Shown: positions 1 through 11,526 of the stretch, in pieces
Layout of the letters: every line of letters starts with the position of its first letter
How positions within the stretch are numbered: the first letter of the stretch is position 1
Assembly: GCA_963745835.1 (NCBI GenBank)
Contig: CAVUZH010000004.1
Span: 55,412-119,411 of the forward strand
DNA from: an uncultured delta proteobacterium
GTDB lineage: Bacteria > Desulfobacterota > Binatia > UBA9968
Direction of reading: 5' to 3'
DNA length: 64,000 bases
Translations under genes and position numbers: made by a program
Notes under the pieces: model-generated
Told to the model about the DNA's origin: nothing
Databases searched by the model: none
The model's input: the letters and a program-made list of their open reading frames with translations, nothing else

Positions 1-106
1 CGACGAAACGCAAGACCCCATGTGTGCTCGGATGTTGCGGGCCGACGCTGATGGTCATGTCCTCGGTGTAAAATCCGGTATCTTGGTTCTGAGCAATCTC
101 GTTCAT
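1..106 (-). CDS. nuoD: NADH-quinone oxidoreductase subunit D, N-terminus only (runs off window edge)
   Basis: Hand translation from ATG at 106 gives [35 protein letters not shown], containing the Nuo[13 protein letters not shown] motif; follows nuoC. Confidence 0.93.
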   Translation of the reverse strand, partial: MNEIAQNQDTGFYTEDMTISVGPQHPSTHGVLRFV

Positions 107-113
107 CGAAATC

Positions 114-620
114 CTATCGCAGCAGCTTTTCTACCAAAGGAGCGCGTTGCGTGCTGATGCCGTCGTATTCTTCCTGCTCGATATAGTCCTTGCGCAGGGG
201 ATATCCCTCCCAATCTTCAGGCAAGAGAATCCGGCGCAGATCGCTATGGCCTTCGAAGATAACCCCAAACAGATCGAAAATCTCGCGCTCGAACCAATTG
301 GCAACCTTCCAAATATTCTCAACAGTCGCGATTTTCGGATTATCTCGAGGCAGGTCGACTTTGAGGATAATTTGGTGCTTGCCGCTGTAAGAATAAAGAT
401 GATAAACGAGCTGGATTTTTTCTTCCTTAGGCCAGTCCACTGCCGTTTGATCCGACAGCACCTCGAACTTCAAGTCGGCATCATCACGTAGAAAGCGGCA
501 AACCTCGACGATCTCTTCGGCCCCGACGAATAGATAAGGTTCCGGCACATCGCCCTTGAAACCGCTGACTTTTCCCGAAAATTGCTTTTCGAGTCGCGAA
601 AAAATTTCAGCTGGTTGCAT
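114..620 (-). CDS. nuoC: NADH-quinone oxidoreductase subunit C
   Basis: [36 protein letters not shown] signature. Confidence 0.95.
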   Translation of the reverse strand: MQPAEIFSRLEKQFSGKVSGFKGDVPEPYLFVGAEEIVEVCRFLRDDADLKFEVLSDQTAVDWPKEEKIQLVYHLYSYSGKHQIILKVDLPRDNPKIATVENIWKVANWFEREIFDLFGVIFEGHSDLRRILLPEDWEGYPLRKDYIEQEEYDGISTQRAPLVEKLLR

Positions 621-622
621 AC

Positions 623-1135
623 TTAGGCCTGAGCCGCAGACTCCGGCTCACTATTTGACTTCACCAGCCAGCGCTCACGCATCATCTTATCTTGAATCCG
701 CAACAAACCTTCGGTCAGCGCCTCTGGCCGCGGCGGGCATCCAGGCACATAGACATCGACAGGAACGATCTTATCGACACCCTTGCACACCGAGTAGGCC
801 AGCTGGAAAAGGCCGCCACAGTTTGAGCAGCTACCCATCGAAATCACATACTTTGGATCCGGCATCTGATCGTAAAGAAGTTTGGTCCGCTTGGCCATTT
901 TATAAGTCAGTGTTCCGGCAACGATCATCAGATCGGATTGCCTTGGAGTCGCCCGGGGAACGGCGCCGAACCGATCCAAATCGGCCCTCGGCCCGCCGGT
1001 TTGCATCAATTCGATGGCGCAACACGCTAAGCCGAATAGCATATACCACTGTGAAGATGCCCGCCCCCAGTTAAGTAGGTCATCCACTTTGGTGGTAAAA
1101 ACCGTTTCCGGCAGCGAATTAATTAGTGGTTTCAT
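623..1135 (-). CDS. nuoB: NADH-quinone oxidoreductase subunit B
   Basis: [13 protein letters not shown] and [13 protein letters not shown] Fe-S motifs. Confidence 0.96.
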   Translation of the reverse strand: MKPLINSLPETVFTTKVDDLLNWGRASSQWYMLFGLACCAIELMQTGGPRADLDRFGAVPRATPRQSDLMIVAGTLTYKMAKRTKLLYDQMPDPKYVISMGSCSNCGGLFQLAYSVCKGVDKIVPVDVYVPGCPPRPEALTEGLLRIQDKMMRERWLVKSNSEPESAAQA

Positions 1136-1156
1136 CGAACCCTCCGAAGATCGGCG

Positions 1157-1543
1157 CTATGCCCTAACCTTCTTGATCCAGTCGAGATCACCTTTAACCC
1201 ACGAATAAATCAGACCCAGGAATAAGATCCCGACAAATATGAATATTTTGATAAACGCGAATAGTCCCTCGCCGCTTTCGATAAGATTCCGAAAGACCAC
1301 GGCAACGGGGAAAATAAAGGCAATTTCCACCTCAAAGATAATAAAAATGAGTGCTACGAGATAAAAACGAATATTGAAATTGACCCAAGCACTTCCCGTG
1401 GAGGGCTCGCCACACTCATAGGTCGACAGTTTACGAGCCTGAGGATTTGCCGGCCGAAGCAGACGCCCGATCAACAGGTTCACGCCGACGAATCCAAGCC
1501 CTAATGCCGTAAACACCAGGACATTAGCAAAATCAAAAAGCAT
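1157..1543 (-). CDS. nuoA: NADH-quinone oxidoreductase subunit A
   Basis: [20 protein letters not shown] and KGDLDW motifs, three TM segments; start moved to ATG 1543 (MLFDFANV) to match NuoA length. Confidence 0.93.
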   Translation of the reverse strand: MLFDFANVLVFTALGLGFVGVNLLIGRLLRPANPQARKLSTYECGEPSTGSAWVNFNIRFYLVALIFIIFEVEIAFIFPVAVVFRNLIESGEGLFAFIKIFIFVGILFLGLIYSWVKGDLDWIKKVRA

Positions 1544-1751
1544 TGTAGGTTTCTGCGGTAAATACTTAAAGAAAGGTAACGTTTCCTTATAACCATAAAA
1601 GCCATTGAGAATCAACCTTCGAGAACGCCGGTTCGGCCTCATGTATTTGCCATTGCTAGCTTTTTTGAATAGAGTCGTGCCGATCTCAAGCTTAACAGCT
1701 TGATACAAACAAACATTCCACCAGCGAAGGCAGACCGCGCCAAGACCTTCC

Positions 1752-2717
1752 ATGAAACCCACCATAAACTGGAACATCAGCGTAATCGTCCTGCTCGTTT
1801 TCCTGATGTTCGGGGCCGGAGAGTCGCGAAGTCAAACTAAACCCACCCCTGTGCGTGTTGCCTATAGCGCGCTATCAGCCGGGATTGGGGTCCTCTGGCT
1901 GACCCACGAGCAAGGGATTTTCCGCAAACATGGCTTGGAATCGAATCTGGTATATATGCGCAGCGGCACTACTGCGGCACAAGCGTTACTAGCGGGTGAG
2001 ATCCAGTTTGGCCATCTTTCACCGGCGCCCATGATGACGGCGTGGGCTCAGGGCGCCGATATCGCTTGGGTGGGAACGACCATCCATCAAATGGTCTTTA
2101 CTCTCATCACGGATGCAACCATCACCAAAGCAGCTGATCTCAAGGGAAAGAAACTCGGCATTACTCGCATCGGTTCGGCAAGTGATCTCGCCTTGCGCAC
2201 GGCTTTGGAACATCTTGGGCTGGGCATCAAAGATGTTGCCGTGATCTCGATGGGAGGTATCCCGGATATCCTTGCCGGGATGCGAGCCGGAGCCATAAAT
2301 GGAGGAATTCTATCCCCGCCCACTTCAACGGCTGCCCGCGAGCTGAGCTATCGCCCGCTTGTTCACATCCCCGATCTGGGCAAGGAATTTACTTTTTCAG
2401 GCATTGCGGCAAAAAGGACGTTTGTTCAAGGCCAGCCCAATATCGTCAGAGGCTTTATGGCAGCGCTTACCGACGGCGCGAAAATCTACAAAGAAGACAA
2501 CCGTGCGGCGGTCAGGGTTTTACGAAAATACCTGCGCGCCGAAGACCGGACACTCGAAGCGGGCTACAAAGAATACGACGCAGCCATTTCCAGTCCGCCC
2601 TATCCGGGTCTTAAAGCGTTGGAAGCTGTGCGCGACAGCTTGGTCGATTCAACGCCGCAACTCAATAAAATTGATTTGAAAATGTTCATCGACGATCGTT
2701 TCGTAATGCCGCGTTGA
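1752..2717 (+). CDS. NMT1/SsuA/TauA-family substrate-binding protein
   Basis: Signal peptide; [23 protein letters not shown] motifs. Confidence 0.85.
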   Translation: MKPTINWNISVIVLLVFLMFGAGESRSQTKPTPVRVAYSALSAGIGVLWLTHEQGIFRKHGLESNLVYMRSGTTAAQALLAGEIQFGHLSPAPMMTAWAQGADIAWVGTTIHQMVFTLITDATITKAADLKGKKLGITRIGSASDLALRTALEHLGLGIKDVAVISMGGIPDILAGMRAGAINGGILSPPTSTAARELSYRPLVHIPDLGKEFTFSGIAAKRTFVQGQPNIVRGFMAALTDGAKIYKEDNRAAVRVLRKYLRAEDRTLEAGYKEYDAAISSPPYPGLKALEAVRDSLVDSTPQLNKIDLKMFIDDRFVMPR

Positions 2718-2808
2718 ACAACTGCGCAAGCAAGTCCGGCCAACGGAGAGAATCGGGACCCTTGTATATTTCATTTTGAACCTTTTCTTGCCGCCTCGGG
2801 AGGGCCGC

Positions 2809-4020
2809 ATGAGAATCGAAACAGAACGAAAAATGAAACGCTGGCGCGATCAGCGCTGGATATTGGATCAGGTCATCCAAGCGCGGGGGATCGACTGGGA
2901 CCAGGGACGGACGGGTAAAATTCTACGTAACTGCGGCCCGGGGGTTCAAAGCGATCTTCAAGAAGTTTGCCGAAGAATCCAGAAGTTCGTTGACATCTCG
3001 CGCGAATTCGCGCGCGCCGCAACCCGCCGGGAACAGCAAGCACGTGAAGCCGAAGCCGCAGGACACCTGCCGGAAGCGCGCGAACATTTCTATATTGCGG
3101 CGTGCTTCTACACCAATGCGATGTGGGCGGTGTATGAAGACAGAAATCCCCAGAGGATTAGCTGGCAAGAGAAAAAACGCGCCTGTTATGACAAATTCAT
3201 TCGCTACGCCGGCCGTCCCATCGAGCGGGTAGAACTTCCCTGCCAAGGCAAACTCATCCATGCACTCCTGCACTTGCCTTCCGGCATCAAAGCTGGCGAG
3301 GAAGTGCCGTGCGTCATGTACATCCCAGGAATGGATGGTGTCAAAGAGGACAATCCCGCAACCGGTGATCCATTTCTTGAACGCGGCATCGCCGTCTTCG
3401 CCATTGATGGCCCGGGTCAGGGCGAGACGCGTGAAGGCGGGCTCACCTGCACTGCATCGAATTACGCCGATGCCGGCAAGCTTGCATGTGATTACCTGGT
3501 CAAAAGACCGGAAATTGACTCCAGCCGGCTTGCGATCCTGGCTTCAAGCATGGGCTCCTACTGGGCGCCGCGAGTGGTGGCCGAAGAAAAACGTTTCAAG
3601 GCCTGCGCGGTGAGCGGCGTTTGCATGGAGCCGGGGCAGTACGCCATTTTCAACATGTCATCACCGACATTTAAGCTTAACTACATGTACATGTCCGGAT
3701 ATGACGACGAAGCTGCGTTCGATGAGTTTGCCAAGTCCCTGACTTTGAAAGGCGTTACAGCCAAGATAACTTGCCCATATATGGTCGTTGCTGGCGAAGA
3801 CGACGAGCATTGCGATATGAAGTTTGTCTATGAACTCATCGGTGAAATTCCCGCTCCAAAACTTTTATACGTATTCCAAGGAGAGCGGCACTCGATCCGC
3901 AATCCCCGTGCGCGATCCCTGTTGATCAATTGGCTGGTCGATCGGTTGCTAGATAAACCGTTTAAGTCGGAGAAGATCTTTGTCGATACCAGTGGCAAAG
4001 AGATCCATTCAGATTGGTAG
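2809..4020 (+). CDS. Alpha/beta hydrolase, FrsA / 2,6-dihydroxypseudooxynicotine hydrolase-like
   Basis: PGMDGVKE, IDGPGQGE, nucleophile elbow ASSMGS, GEDD acid and ERH His; start ATG 2809 after GGAGGG. Confidence 0.75.
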   Translation: MRIETERKMKRWRDQRWILDQVIQARGIDWDQGRTGKILRNCGPGVQSDLQEVCRRIQKFVDISREFARAATRREQQAREAEAAGHLPEAREHFYIAACFYTNAMWAVYEDRNPQRISWQEKKRACYDKFIRYAGRPIERVELPCQGKLIHALLHLPSGIKAGEEVPCVMYIPGMDGVKEDNPATGDPFLERGIAVFAIDGPGQGETREGGLTCTASNYADAGKLACDYLVKRPEIDSSRLAILASSMGSYWAPRVVAEEKRFKACAVSGVCMEPGQYAIFNMSSPTFKLNYMYMSGYDDEAAFDEFAKSLTLKGVTAKITCPYMVVAGEDDEHCDMKFVYELIGEIPAPKLLYVFQGERHSIRNPRARSLLINWLVDRLLDKPFKSEKIFVDTSGKEIHSDW

Positions 4021-4096
4021 CCCGAATCAGTCCTCATGGCCATAAGGAAATCTTCCATACCATTAACACAATGACCGGCTTATCTCAGGTAAATTG

Positions 4097-5257
4097 ATGC
4101 GCATTGCATATGGGGATCTGATCGGCGGGATCAGTGGCGACATGTTCGTCGCCGCGCCCCTGGACCTGGGGCTGTCTTTTGATGTTCTCAATCGGGAATT
4201 GCGAAAAATCCCCACACTGAAATTCGAACTCGATGTTGTAAAGAAAACCGTCCACTCAATCGCTGCGACCGGTTTTCAGGTAAAGCCGCCGAGCAATGAA
4301 GCGCCGCGCTCCTGGAAACAGATTCGCCAGCTCCTGGAGACAAGCGAATTGGCCCAAGAGGTCAAAGAAACCAGCGTCAAGATCTTCCACCGTTTGGCCG
4401 AGGCCGAGGGAAAAATCCACGGCGTAACTACGGAAGAAGTTCATTTTCATGAAGTCGGCGCAACCGATTCGATCGTCGACATCGTCGCAGCTGCAGTGGG
4501 CTTTCACGAGCTGAAGATCGACGCTGTACATTTTTCCAAAGTACCGCTGGGACGCGGTCTGACGCACAGCGGCCATGGTCCGTTGCCGGTCCCGGGTCCT
4601 GCGACTCTAGAGCTGCTCAAAGGCATTCCGGTTCAGTGGACTGCGCTCGAAGGCGAAACCGTCACTCCCACGGGAGCCGCGATCATGTCCGTGTTAGGGA
4701 CCAGCTTTGGCGAACAACCCAGCATGACGGTGGAAAAGATCGGTTACGGCGCCGGACAAAAAGAATGGCCCGATCGTCCGAATCTGTTTCGGCTTGTCCT
4801 CGGCGCCAGCATCGGCTGGCGGCAAGAAGAAATGCTCGTCATCGAAACCAACATCGACGACATGAACCCGCAGTTTTTCGAACATGTCATGGATCGGCTA
4901 TTCGAGGCCGGCGCTCGAGATGTCTTTTTCTCGCCGATTCAAATGAAGAAAAACCGTCCCGCCGTGCTGGTGCGAGTTATCGGTGAGCCGCGCGATCGGG
5001 ACAGGCTGGCAAGGATACTATTCGAGGAAACAACCACCATTGGCCTGCGCTATCATTCCGTGGGCCGCATAATCCTCAACAGAACCGAGGCAACGATCAA
5101 AACACGCTTTGGCGATGTGAAGGTAAAAATCTTTCAGGAACCCGGCGGCGAAAGGCGCATCAGCCCTGAATACGACGATTTAAAACGGATCGCCATCGAG
5201 AAAAAAATCCCGCTCAACGTTCTGCGGGACGAGATCGTCAAAGGCTTCAAGGATTAA
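4097..5257 (+). CDS. larC: Nickel pincer nucleotide cofactor nickel-insertion protein LarC
   Basis: GISGDM, HFHEVGA.DSIVDIV, HG.LPVP.PAT, ETNIDDMNP, MKKNRP, ETTTIGLR, PEYDD. Confidence 0.93.
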   Translation: MRIAYGDLIGGISGDMFVAAPLDLGLSFDVLNRELRKIPTLKFELDVVKKTVHSIAATGFQVKPPSNEAPRSWKQIRQLLETSELAQEVKETSVKIFHRLAEAEGKIHGVTTEEVHFHEVGATDSIVDIVAAAVGFHELKIDAVHFSKVPLGRGLTHSGHGPLPVPGPATLELLKGIPVQWTALEGETVTPTGAAIMSVLGTSFGEQPSMTVEKIGYGAGQKEWPDRPNLFRLVLGASIGWRQEEMLVIETNIDDMNPQFFEHVMDRLFEAGARDVFFSPIQMKKNRPAVLVRVIGEPRDRDRLARILFEETTTIGLRYHSVGRIILNRTEATIKTRFGDVKVKIFQEPGGERRISPEYDDLKRIAIEKKIPLNVLRDEIVKGFKD

Positions 5258-5434
5258 CGATGCCGTGCGTATGGCCAAATGCGACGGCGTGCTCGACTCG
5301 TCCTCGGGAAGGTCCTCGCTTGGGCATCGGATAGTACCATCAAGAGGCTGTTCTCTATCGTGGAATCAAGAGAGGGAATGAGAAGAAGGCCACTTCATCC
5401 ATCCGAGCTTCCCGCCCGTTTGGAAAATAGGCGA

Positions 5435-6160
5435 TCACCTAAGTGGTCGCTCACATAACACCGAATCTATGATCCGAAGATCAAATTGCTCCGCAAAAGA
5501 GTACGCGGCTTTATTGTAAGGATCTTCAGATGCGGCTACGAACGGCAATTCTCCAGCACATCTTACTGCAGTGAGTGTCGAAAGAGCTTCACGGTTGGTC
5601 TCCGCCGCCAGCGGGACGCCGCTTTCGAGCCGGTTCAAAACATAACCAAGAACGCGCAGACCTTTGCAGCGGGCGTGTTCGAGCGTCAGCAACAGATGAT
5701 TGATCATACCGAGACGATTGGCGGCAATTACGATAACCGGAAGTTTGAGAACTCTGGCCAAGTCGGCGTAGGTATAGCTGGGTAATAGTGGCACCATCAG
5801 TCCGCCAGCGCCTTCAACAAGAGTGACGTCGTGACCTGAACTGATCTCGTCATAAACATCCATCAATCTATTGACTTCCAGTGTGATGCCTTGGCGTTGT
5901 GCCGCCACACTGGGCGCCAGCGGTTCACGCAATTGATAAGGACATATTTTGTCCAGCGGATCTTGAGAGGCGGAGGCCTCTTTCAAAAGAATGGCGTCTT
6001 CGGGATATAGTCGACCCTGTCGTTCGGCGCAGCCGCTTTCCGCCGGCTTCATCACGCCGACCCGATATCCGGACTCACGCAGAAGAGCCGCCAGCTTGCA
6101 CGCGAAGAAGGTTTTGCCGACGCCGGTGTCTGTGCCGGTGATGAAAACTCCCTGTCCCAT
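5435..6160 (-). CDS. bioD: Dethiobiotin synthase
   Basis: FITGTDTGVGKT, MKP.ESG, VEGAGGLMVP, LGMINH. Confidence 0.96.
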   Translation of the reverse strand: MGQGVFITGTDTGVGKTFFACKLAALLRESGYRVGVMKPAESGCAERQGRLYPEDAILLKEASASQDPLDKICPYQLREPLAPSVAAQRQGITLEVNRLMDVYDEISSGHDVTLVEGAGGLMVPLLPSYTYADLARVLKLPVIVIAANRLGMINHLLLTLEHARCKGLRVLGYVLNRLESGVPLAAETNREALSTLTAVRCAGELPFVAASEDPYNKAAYSFAEQFDLRIIDSVLCERPLR

Positions 6161-7518
6161 CAGTTTTCCGTCACGGCGTGGATAGACTCGTAAACCGTAT
6201 CCAAAAGTAAAGCGAGCTCGGCATCCGTAACCGATAGCGGTGGCATCAATATGATGATGTCTGCCAGGGGTCGGATCATGACATTGCGTTTGCGCGCTTC
6301 GATAATCACTTTGTGACCAATGCGCTTTTCAGCGGGATAACTTTTGCGGCTGGCCTTATCCTCGACCAGCTCGATGCCGACCATGAAACCCCATTGGCGC
6401 ACATCGCTGATGTGCGCCAATGGCAGAAACTCTTCTCCGAGCCGCTGGTTTAGATACGAGATTCTCGGCTGCATGTTGTCGACGATGTTTTCTCTCTGGA
6501 ATAACTCGAGATTCGCAAGCGCCGTCGCACAACCGAGCGGATTGCCCGTGTAAGTATGGCCGTGAAAAAAGGTTTTATAGTCTTTGTAGTCACCTAAGAA
6601 GGCGGCAAAGACTTGTTCGCTGGTTAATGTCGCTGCCAGTGGCAGGTAGCCGCCGGTGATTCCTTTGGCCAGACAGACAATATCGGGCCTTACTCCAGCG
6701 TGATCGCATGCAAACATCTTTCCGGTGCGACCAAAACCCGTCGCTACTTCATCAAGAACCAACAGAATTCCATAGCGCCGGCAGATTTCATCGAGCGCTT
6801 TCAGATATTCCACGGGTTGGGCCCACATCCCCGCGGCTCCCTGCATAAGCGGCTCCACGACCAGAGCGGCCAGTGTATTTCTATTCTCGCTAATTTTTTT
6901 CTCCGCTTCATCGACAGCCGCATTAAGCGCCTCATCTCCGCTCAATTTCTGGTAGTAGCGAAAGACATGCGGCGGCGTGATTCGCACCACCGGAAACAGC
7001 AGGCTCTTGTGATAACGATGAAAGGTTTCAGAATAGCCCATGCTCATGGAGCCGATGGTATCGCCGTGGTACGACTCCGCCAGCGTCGCAATCAGGGTGC
7101 GCTTGGCTTGTCCTTTTAATTGCCAGTACTGGACCGCCATTTTGAGAGCCACTTCGACTGCCGTGGCGCCACTGTCGGAATAGAAAACCCGCTGCAGTCC
7201 TGGAGGAGCCACTTCGATGAGCTTTTGCGCCAACTCAATGCCGGGCACATGGCTCAGGCCGAGAAATGTCGAATGGGAAATGCGGTCGAGCTGGCCGCGT
7301 ATGGCATCGTCGAGCTCTTTTTTGCGATGCCCGTGAACGTTGCACCAAAGTGATGAAACTCCATCGAAATACCTGCGGCCGTTAATGTCGATCAGGTAAT
7401 GCCCTTCGCCTTGGCTGATAATGCAGGGCTCCTCACGGATCCATTCCTGCATTTGCGTGAACGGATGCCAGAGGTGGCTATGATCCAGCTGCTTGAGGTT
7501 GTCGTAGTATTGAGTCAT
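6160..7518 (-). CDS. bioA: Adenosylmethionine-8-amino-7-oxononanoate aminotransferase
   Basis: LWHPFTQM, SSLWCNVHGH, DEVATGFGRTG, AKGITGGYLPL (PLP Lys), FFHGHTYTGNP. Confidence 0.96.
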   Translation of the reverse strand: MTQYYDNLKQLDHSHLWHPFTQMQEWIREEPCIISQGEGHYLIDINGRRYFDGVSSLWCNVHGHRKKELDDAIRGQLDRISHSTFLGLSHVPGIELAQKLIEVAPPGLQRVFYSDSGATAVEVALKMAVQYWQLKGQAKRTLIATLAESYHGDTIGSMSMGYSETFHRYHKSLLFPVVRITPPHVFRYYQKLSGDEALNAAVDEAEKKISENRNTLAALVVEPLMQGAAGMWAQPVEYLKALDEICRRYGILLVLDEVATGFGRTGKMFACDHAGVRPDIVCLAKGITGGYLPLAATLTSEQVFAAFLGDYKDYKTFFHGHTYTGNPLGCATALANLELFQRENIVDNMQPRISYLNQRLGEEFLPLAHISDVRQWGFMVGIELVEDKASRKSYPAEKRIGHKVIIEARKRNVMIRPLADIIILMPPLSVTDAELALLLDTVYESIHAVTEN

Positions 7519-7531
7519 TGCGACGTGATCG

Positions 7532-8687
7532 CTAATGAACCGCTGCGAATGCCTCGAGCGCTCGATCTATTTGATCCGATGTGTGTGTCGCCATAAGCGT
7601 GATCCGCAACCGCGACGTTCCTGGCGGCACTGTCGGTGGACGAATGCCCTGAGCAAAAATACCGCGATCGAGCAATCGATCCGAAAGGCGCATACACTCA
7701 TCGGCATCGCCGATCATCAACGGCAAGATCTGACTTCGGCTGTCACCCAGCGAATATCCTAATCTCGCCAATCCATCTCGCACTCGCGCGCAATTATCGC
7801 GCAACACACGCCGTCTCTCGGGCTCGTGCTTGATCAATTCAAGAGCGGCAATGCCCATTGCCATGACAACAGGCGGCAGCGATGTTGTAAATATAAAACT
7901 GCGGCAACGATTAATCAGCAGCTCACGCAGCGCCACGCTACCCGCGACGTATGCGCCAAACCCTCCCAGCGCTTTGCCGAGGGTTCCCATCTGCACGAGT
8001 ACGCGCTCGCCTAGACGCAATTGCGAAACGAGGCCGGCGCCGTCCGGTTCGTACACCCCCGTGGCATGCGCCTCATCGACCATGGTCATGGCATCGTATC
8101 TTTCCGACAGCTCGACAATCTCGTTTCAGCGGCGCTTCGTCTCCGTCCATGCTGAAAAGGGATTCGGTAACGATCAACTTACGCGAGCTGCGCGGCGCGT
8201 GTTTCAGGCCATCTTCCAGTTGATCGACATCGCAATGCCTGTATACGACGATTTTCGCTCGCGATAGGCGGCAACCGTCGATGATGCTGGCATGATTGAG
8301 CGCATCGCTGAAAACCACATCGCCATCGCCGACCAGAGTCGGGATGATCCCTGTGTTGGCCTGGAAGCCGGAATTGAAGACTAATGCCGACTCGGTTCCC
8401 TTCAATTGAGCAAGCTTGATTTCAAGCTCTTCATGCAGAGTCATGTTCCCGGAAATCAGACGCGACGCGCCCGACCCGCAGCCGTAACGGCCGATCGCAT
8501 CCGTTGCGGCTTTTCTCAGGGCCGGGTGATTGGCCAATCCCAGATAGTTGTTTGACGAGAAGTTTAACACTTCGCGCCCATCGACCATCAAAGTCGGGCC
8601 TTGGTCGCCCTCTACAGACCGAAGACGGCGAAATAGCGACGCCGATTTGAGAGCTTGCAGTTCGTCCTGAATGAATCCCGGCATCAT
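7532..8687 (-). CDS. bioF: 8-amino-7-oxononanoate synthase, split by one extra base (probable sequencing error)
   Basis: NFSSNNYLGL, SGFQAN, NHASIIDG, FSMDGD in ORF 8073-8687; VDEAHA, GTLGKALG, IRPPTVP in ORF 7532-8089. Removing one T from TTT at 8124-8126 gives continuous APLNEIVELSERYDAMTMVDEAH. Confidence 0.9.
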
Positions 8688-8779
8688 TTGGTGTGAACTA
8701 ATAATACAGAGGTACTGTCACCGCAAGACGAGATCGCGATCGATCGATCGGCAGTTGATTGAAACCACGGTAGAGACGT

Positions 8780-9440
8780 TCACGCAGCCGACAGGCTCTG
8801 TAGCTTCCGCTTAACCAGTTTCAGCTCGGAAGCAAAACGACGGTACTCTTGCTCGCGCTCGTCGTTGTCGCGCTGCCGAAGAATGGCAGATGGATGAATC
8901 GTGACAAAGGTAAGTTTACCGAGAACGGAGTCCATGAACTTGCCGCGCTCTTTCATGATCGCGTACAGACTTACCGGTAACCGACTGTGCGGCCGTAGCG
9001 CCGAGGCAGACAAGAATCTCGGGCTGCACTACTTCTATTTCGACCTCGAGCCACGGCCTGCATGCAACAACCTGGCGAACAGAAGGCTTCTGATGCAGGC
9101 GCCGCTTGCCACGCCAGATCCACTTAAAGTGCTTCACCGCATTGGTCACGTACACTTCATTGCGGGAAATGCGCGCGACTTCCAGCGCCCGGTCAAGCAT
9201 GCGGCCGGCTGGCCCTACGAAGGGTTCACCTTTTTGATCTTCTATGTCGCCAGGCTGCTCACCCACCAGCATCACACTTGCATGGCGGGGCCCATCGCCA
9301 AAAACGGTCTGAGTAGCATTGAGGTAGAGATCACATCCTTTGCACGATTTTGCCGCCTGCCGGAGAGATTCAAGCGAACGGTTCCGGGGCAAGAAATCGC
9401 TGGCCGAAATGTTTCCAGCTTTTTCGGTCACCACATGCAA
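8780..9440 (-). CDS. udgX: UdgX-type uracil-DNA binding protein (family-4 UDG relative), frameshifted near 8962
   Basis: CxxC, GEQPG, FVGPAG, NAVKHFKW..RGKRRLHQKP R-loop; the C-terminal IMKERG...TIHPSAILR continues in ORF 8780-9013 after removing one base. Confidence 0.85.
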
Positions 9441-9607
9441 AGCCTATCACTTGCATAGTTTGAGTCTAGATAGCTGGCTCGTATAATTTCATCATGCAGG
9501 ATCGACCCGGTGATTGCGCCAATTTGTCCTGACAACACCCGCTTGGTTTGCTACTTTCGCTCGCACTGGATTAAACTCTTCTGACAAACTTATTGGATAG
9601 AAGATAA

Positions 9608-10970
9608 ATGGCCAAACCCAAAACATTTTACGCCTGTCAGAGCTGCGGCTATCGAGCGCCCAAGTGGCTGGGCAAATGTCCCGACTGCAATCAATGGAAC
9701 ACCTTTGCTGAGGAGAGGCTTGAAAGAGCAACCAGCGTACGCGGTGAACTCAGCCTCGGAACCAAAGAAGATCCGGCGCCGATTCATGAAATCAACACGG
9801 CAGAAGAAGGCCGGCTGCAATGTGGAATCGGCGAGTTCGATCGAGTATTGGGGGGCGGTCTGGTGCCGGGATCGGTTATTCTCATCGGCGGCGATCCCGG
9901 CATTGGCAAATCGACCCTGTTACTGCAGGCATTTGCTGCTATAAGCCAGCAAGGACTTACTTGCCTTTATGTCTCGGGCGAAGAATCACCGCGGCAAATC
10001 AAAATGCGCGCCGAACGATTGGGCATCGTCGCACCCAATTTGCTCGTTCTCAGTGAAACCTCTTTGGAGAGAATCATAGAGCATGTCAAGCACATCCAAC
10101 CCGGGCTGCTTGTCATCGATTCGATCCAAACTATTTTCAGTCCCTCGATTCCATCCGCGCCCGGCAGCATAGCCCAGGTGAGAGAGAGCTCTGGCTCAAT
10201 CATCGTGCTGGCAAAAAAGACCGGGCTAACGACTTTCTTAATCGGTCACGTCACTAAGGACGGCGCCATCGCCGGCCCGCGGCTGCTCGAGCACATGGTC
10301 GACACCGTGCTCTATTTCGAGGGCGAGCGCGGCCATTCGTTCCGCGTGCTGCGCGCCGTTAAGAATCGCTTCGGCTCGACTAATGAAATCGGCGTATTTG
10401 AAATGAAGGAAGCGGGACTCAAAGAGGTTAGCAATCCCTCCGAAATCTTCTTGATGGAGCGCCCGCTTCAGGTCCCGGGTTCGGCGGTGGTCTGCAGCAT
10501 CGAAGGCACACGACCTATTTTGATAGAGCTCCAGGCGCTGGTGAGTCGATCGTTCCTAGCCGTGCCTCGGCGGACGACGATCGGCGTAGATCACAACCGG
10601 GTCGCTTTGCTCGTCGCGGTTCTTGAAAAAAAGATGGGCGCCAAGCTTTTCGATCAGGATATTTTCGTCAACGTTGCCGGCGGCGTTCATGTCGACGAGC
10701 CGGCGGTCGACCTCGGGATCGTCGCTGCAATCGCTTCGAGCAGCCGCGAGAACGTTCTCGATCCGAAAACAGTTTTTTTCGGAGAAGTCGGACTGGCCGG
10801 AGAGATCCGGGGCATCTCTCAAGCCGAAACCCGAATCAAGGAAGCAGGAAAATTAGGCTTTGAACGATGCATTCTTCCCGCCAGCAACAGCGCGCAACTC
10901 AAACATATCAAACATCCCAAATTGTCGCGGCGTGAGCTCCCTGAACGAGTGCTGGAAGGTGATGTTCTAG
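9608..10970 (+). CDS. radA: DNA repair protein RadA/Sms; extra base near 10925 alters the annotated tail
   Basis: C4 zinc finger, GGDPGIGKSTL, KNRFG motif, Lon-like C-terminal domain; removing one base gives a normal end LRGVSSLNECWKVMF with TAG at 10968-10970. Confidence 0.93.
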
Positions 10971-11158
10971 ACATTGATTTATTGTGGGGAGCGTCGATGG
11001 TGGTGATCCACCGTCAATCCAAATGCGCTATGCGCGTGCGAGTGAAAATCGCATTGAGAAACCGGGCGATCGTTTTAGATTTTGGCTGCTCATCATCAAT
11101 CCTTTCACCACATCCTCTTGTATCCGAAACCATGCTTGGTTATTAATAATACCGCCGT

Positions 11159-11244
11159 GCCGGAGTGGTGGAATGGCAGACGCGCCGGACTCAAAATCCG
11201 GTAGGGGAAACCCTGTGTGGGTTCAAGTCCCACCTCCGGCACCA
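11159..11244 (+). tRNA. tRNA-Leu (anticodon CAA)
   Basis: GCCGGAG/CTCCGGC acceptor stem plus ACCA, anticodon arm CCGGA-CTCAAAA-TCCGG, long variable arm AGGG-GAAA-CCCT, T-loop GGTTCAAGTCC. Confidence 0.96.
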
Positions 11245-11526
11245 ACAAACTTCAGCAAACAGTTCTAGTCTGTTATTCCCCTATCGCCGACCAACGCTCT
11301 AGCAGTAATCCCGTCGCGAGCCTCATAGATCGCTGCAGAACACCAGGAGTTGCTACTTAATAGCTCGACACACCACAAGATCATCCCCGAGCGCCTCCTT
11401 TACAATGCTGACTGTATTCCCTGCCGACCTGTAAGAGCTTGCCATGATAAAGATTACCAAAAAAAGAAAGCAGTTGACAATAAATGCCAAGCTACGCCAA
11501 TATGCCCGTTTAGAACGGAGGCGCTT

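Noticed and set aside
1544-1777. Long N-terminal extensions in the ORF track (nuoA here; also cofD, hrpB, the PG-binding and HAF proteins)
   Set aside because: Downstream starts fit family length or SD position better, and the extensions overlap neighbouring genes or promoters.
10925-11146. Apparent C-terminal extension of RadA (512 aa)
   Set aside because: Caused by one extra base; the repaired frame ends normally at 10970.
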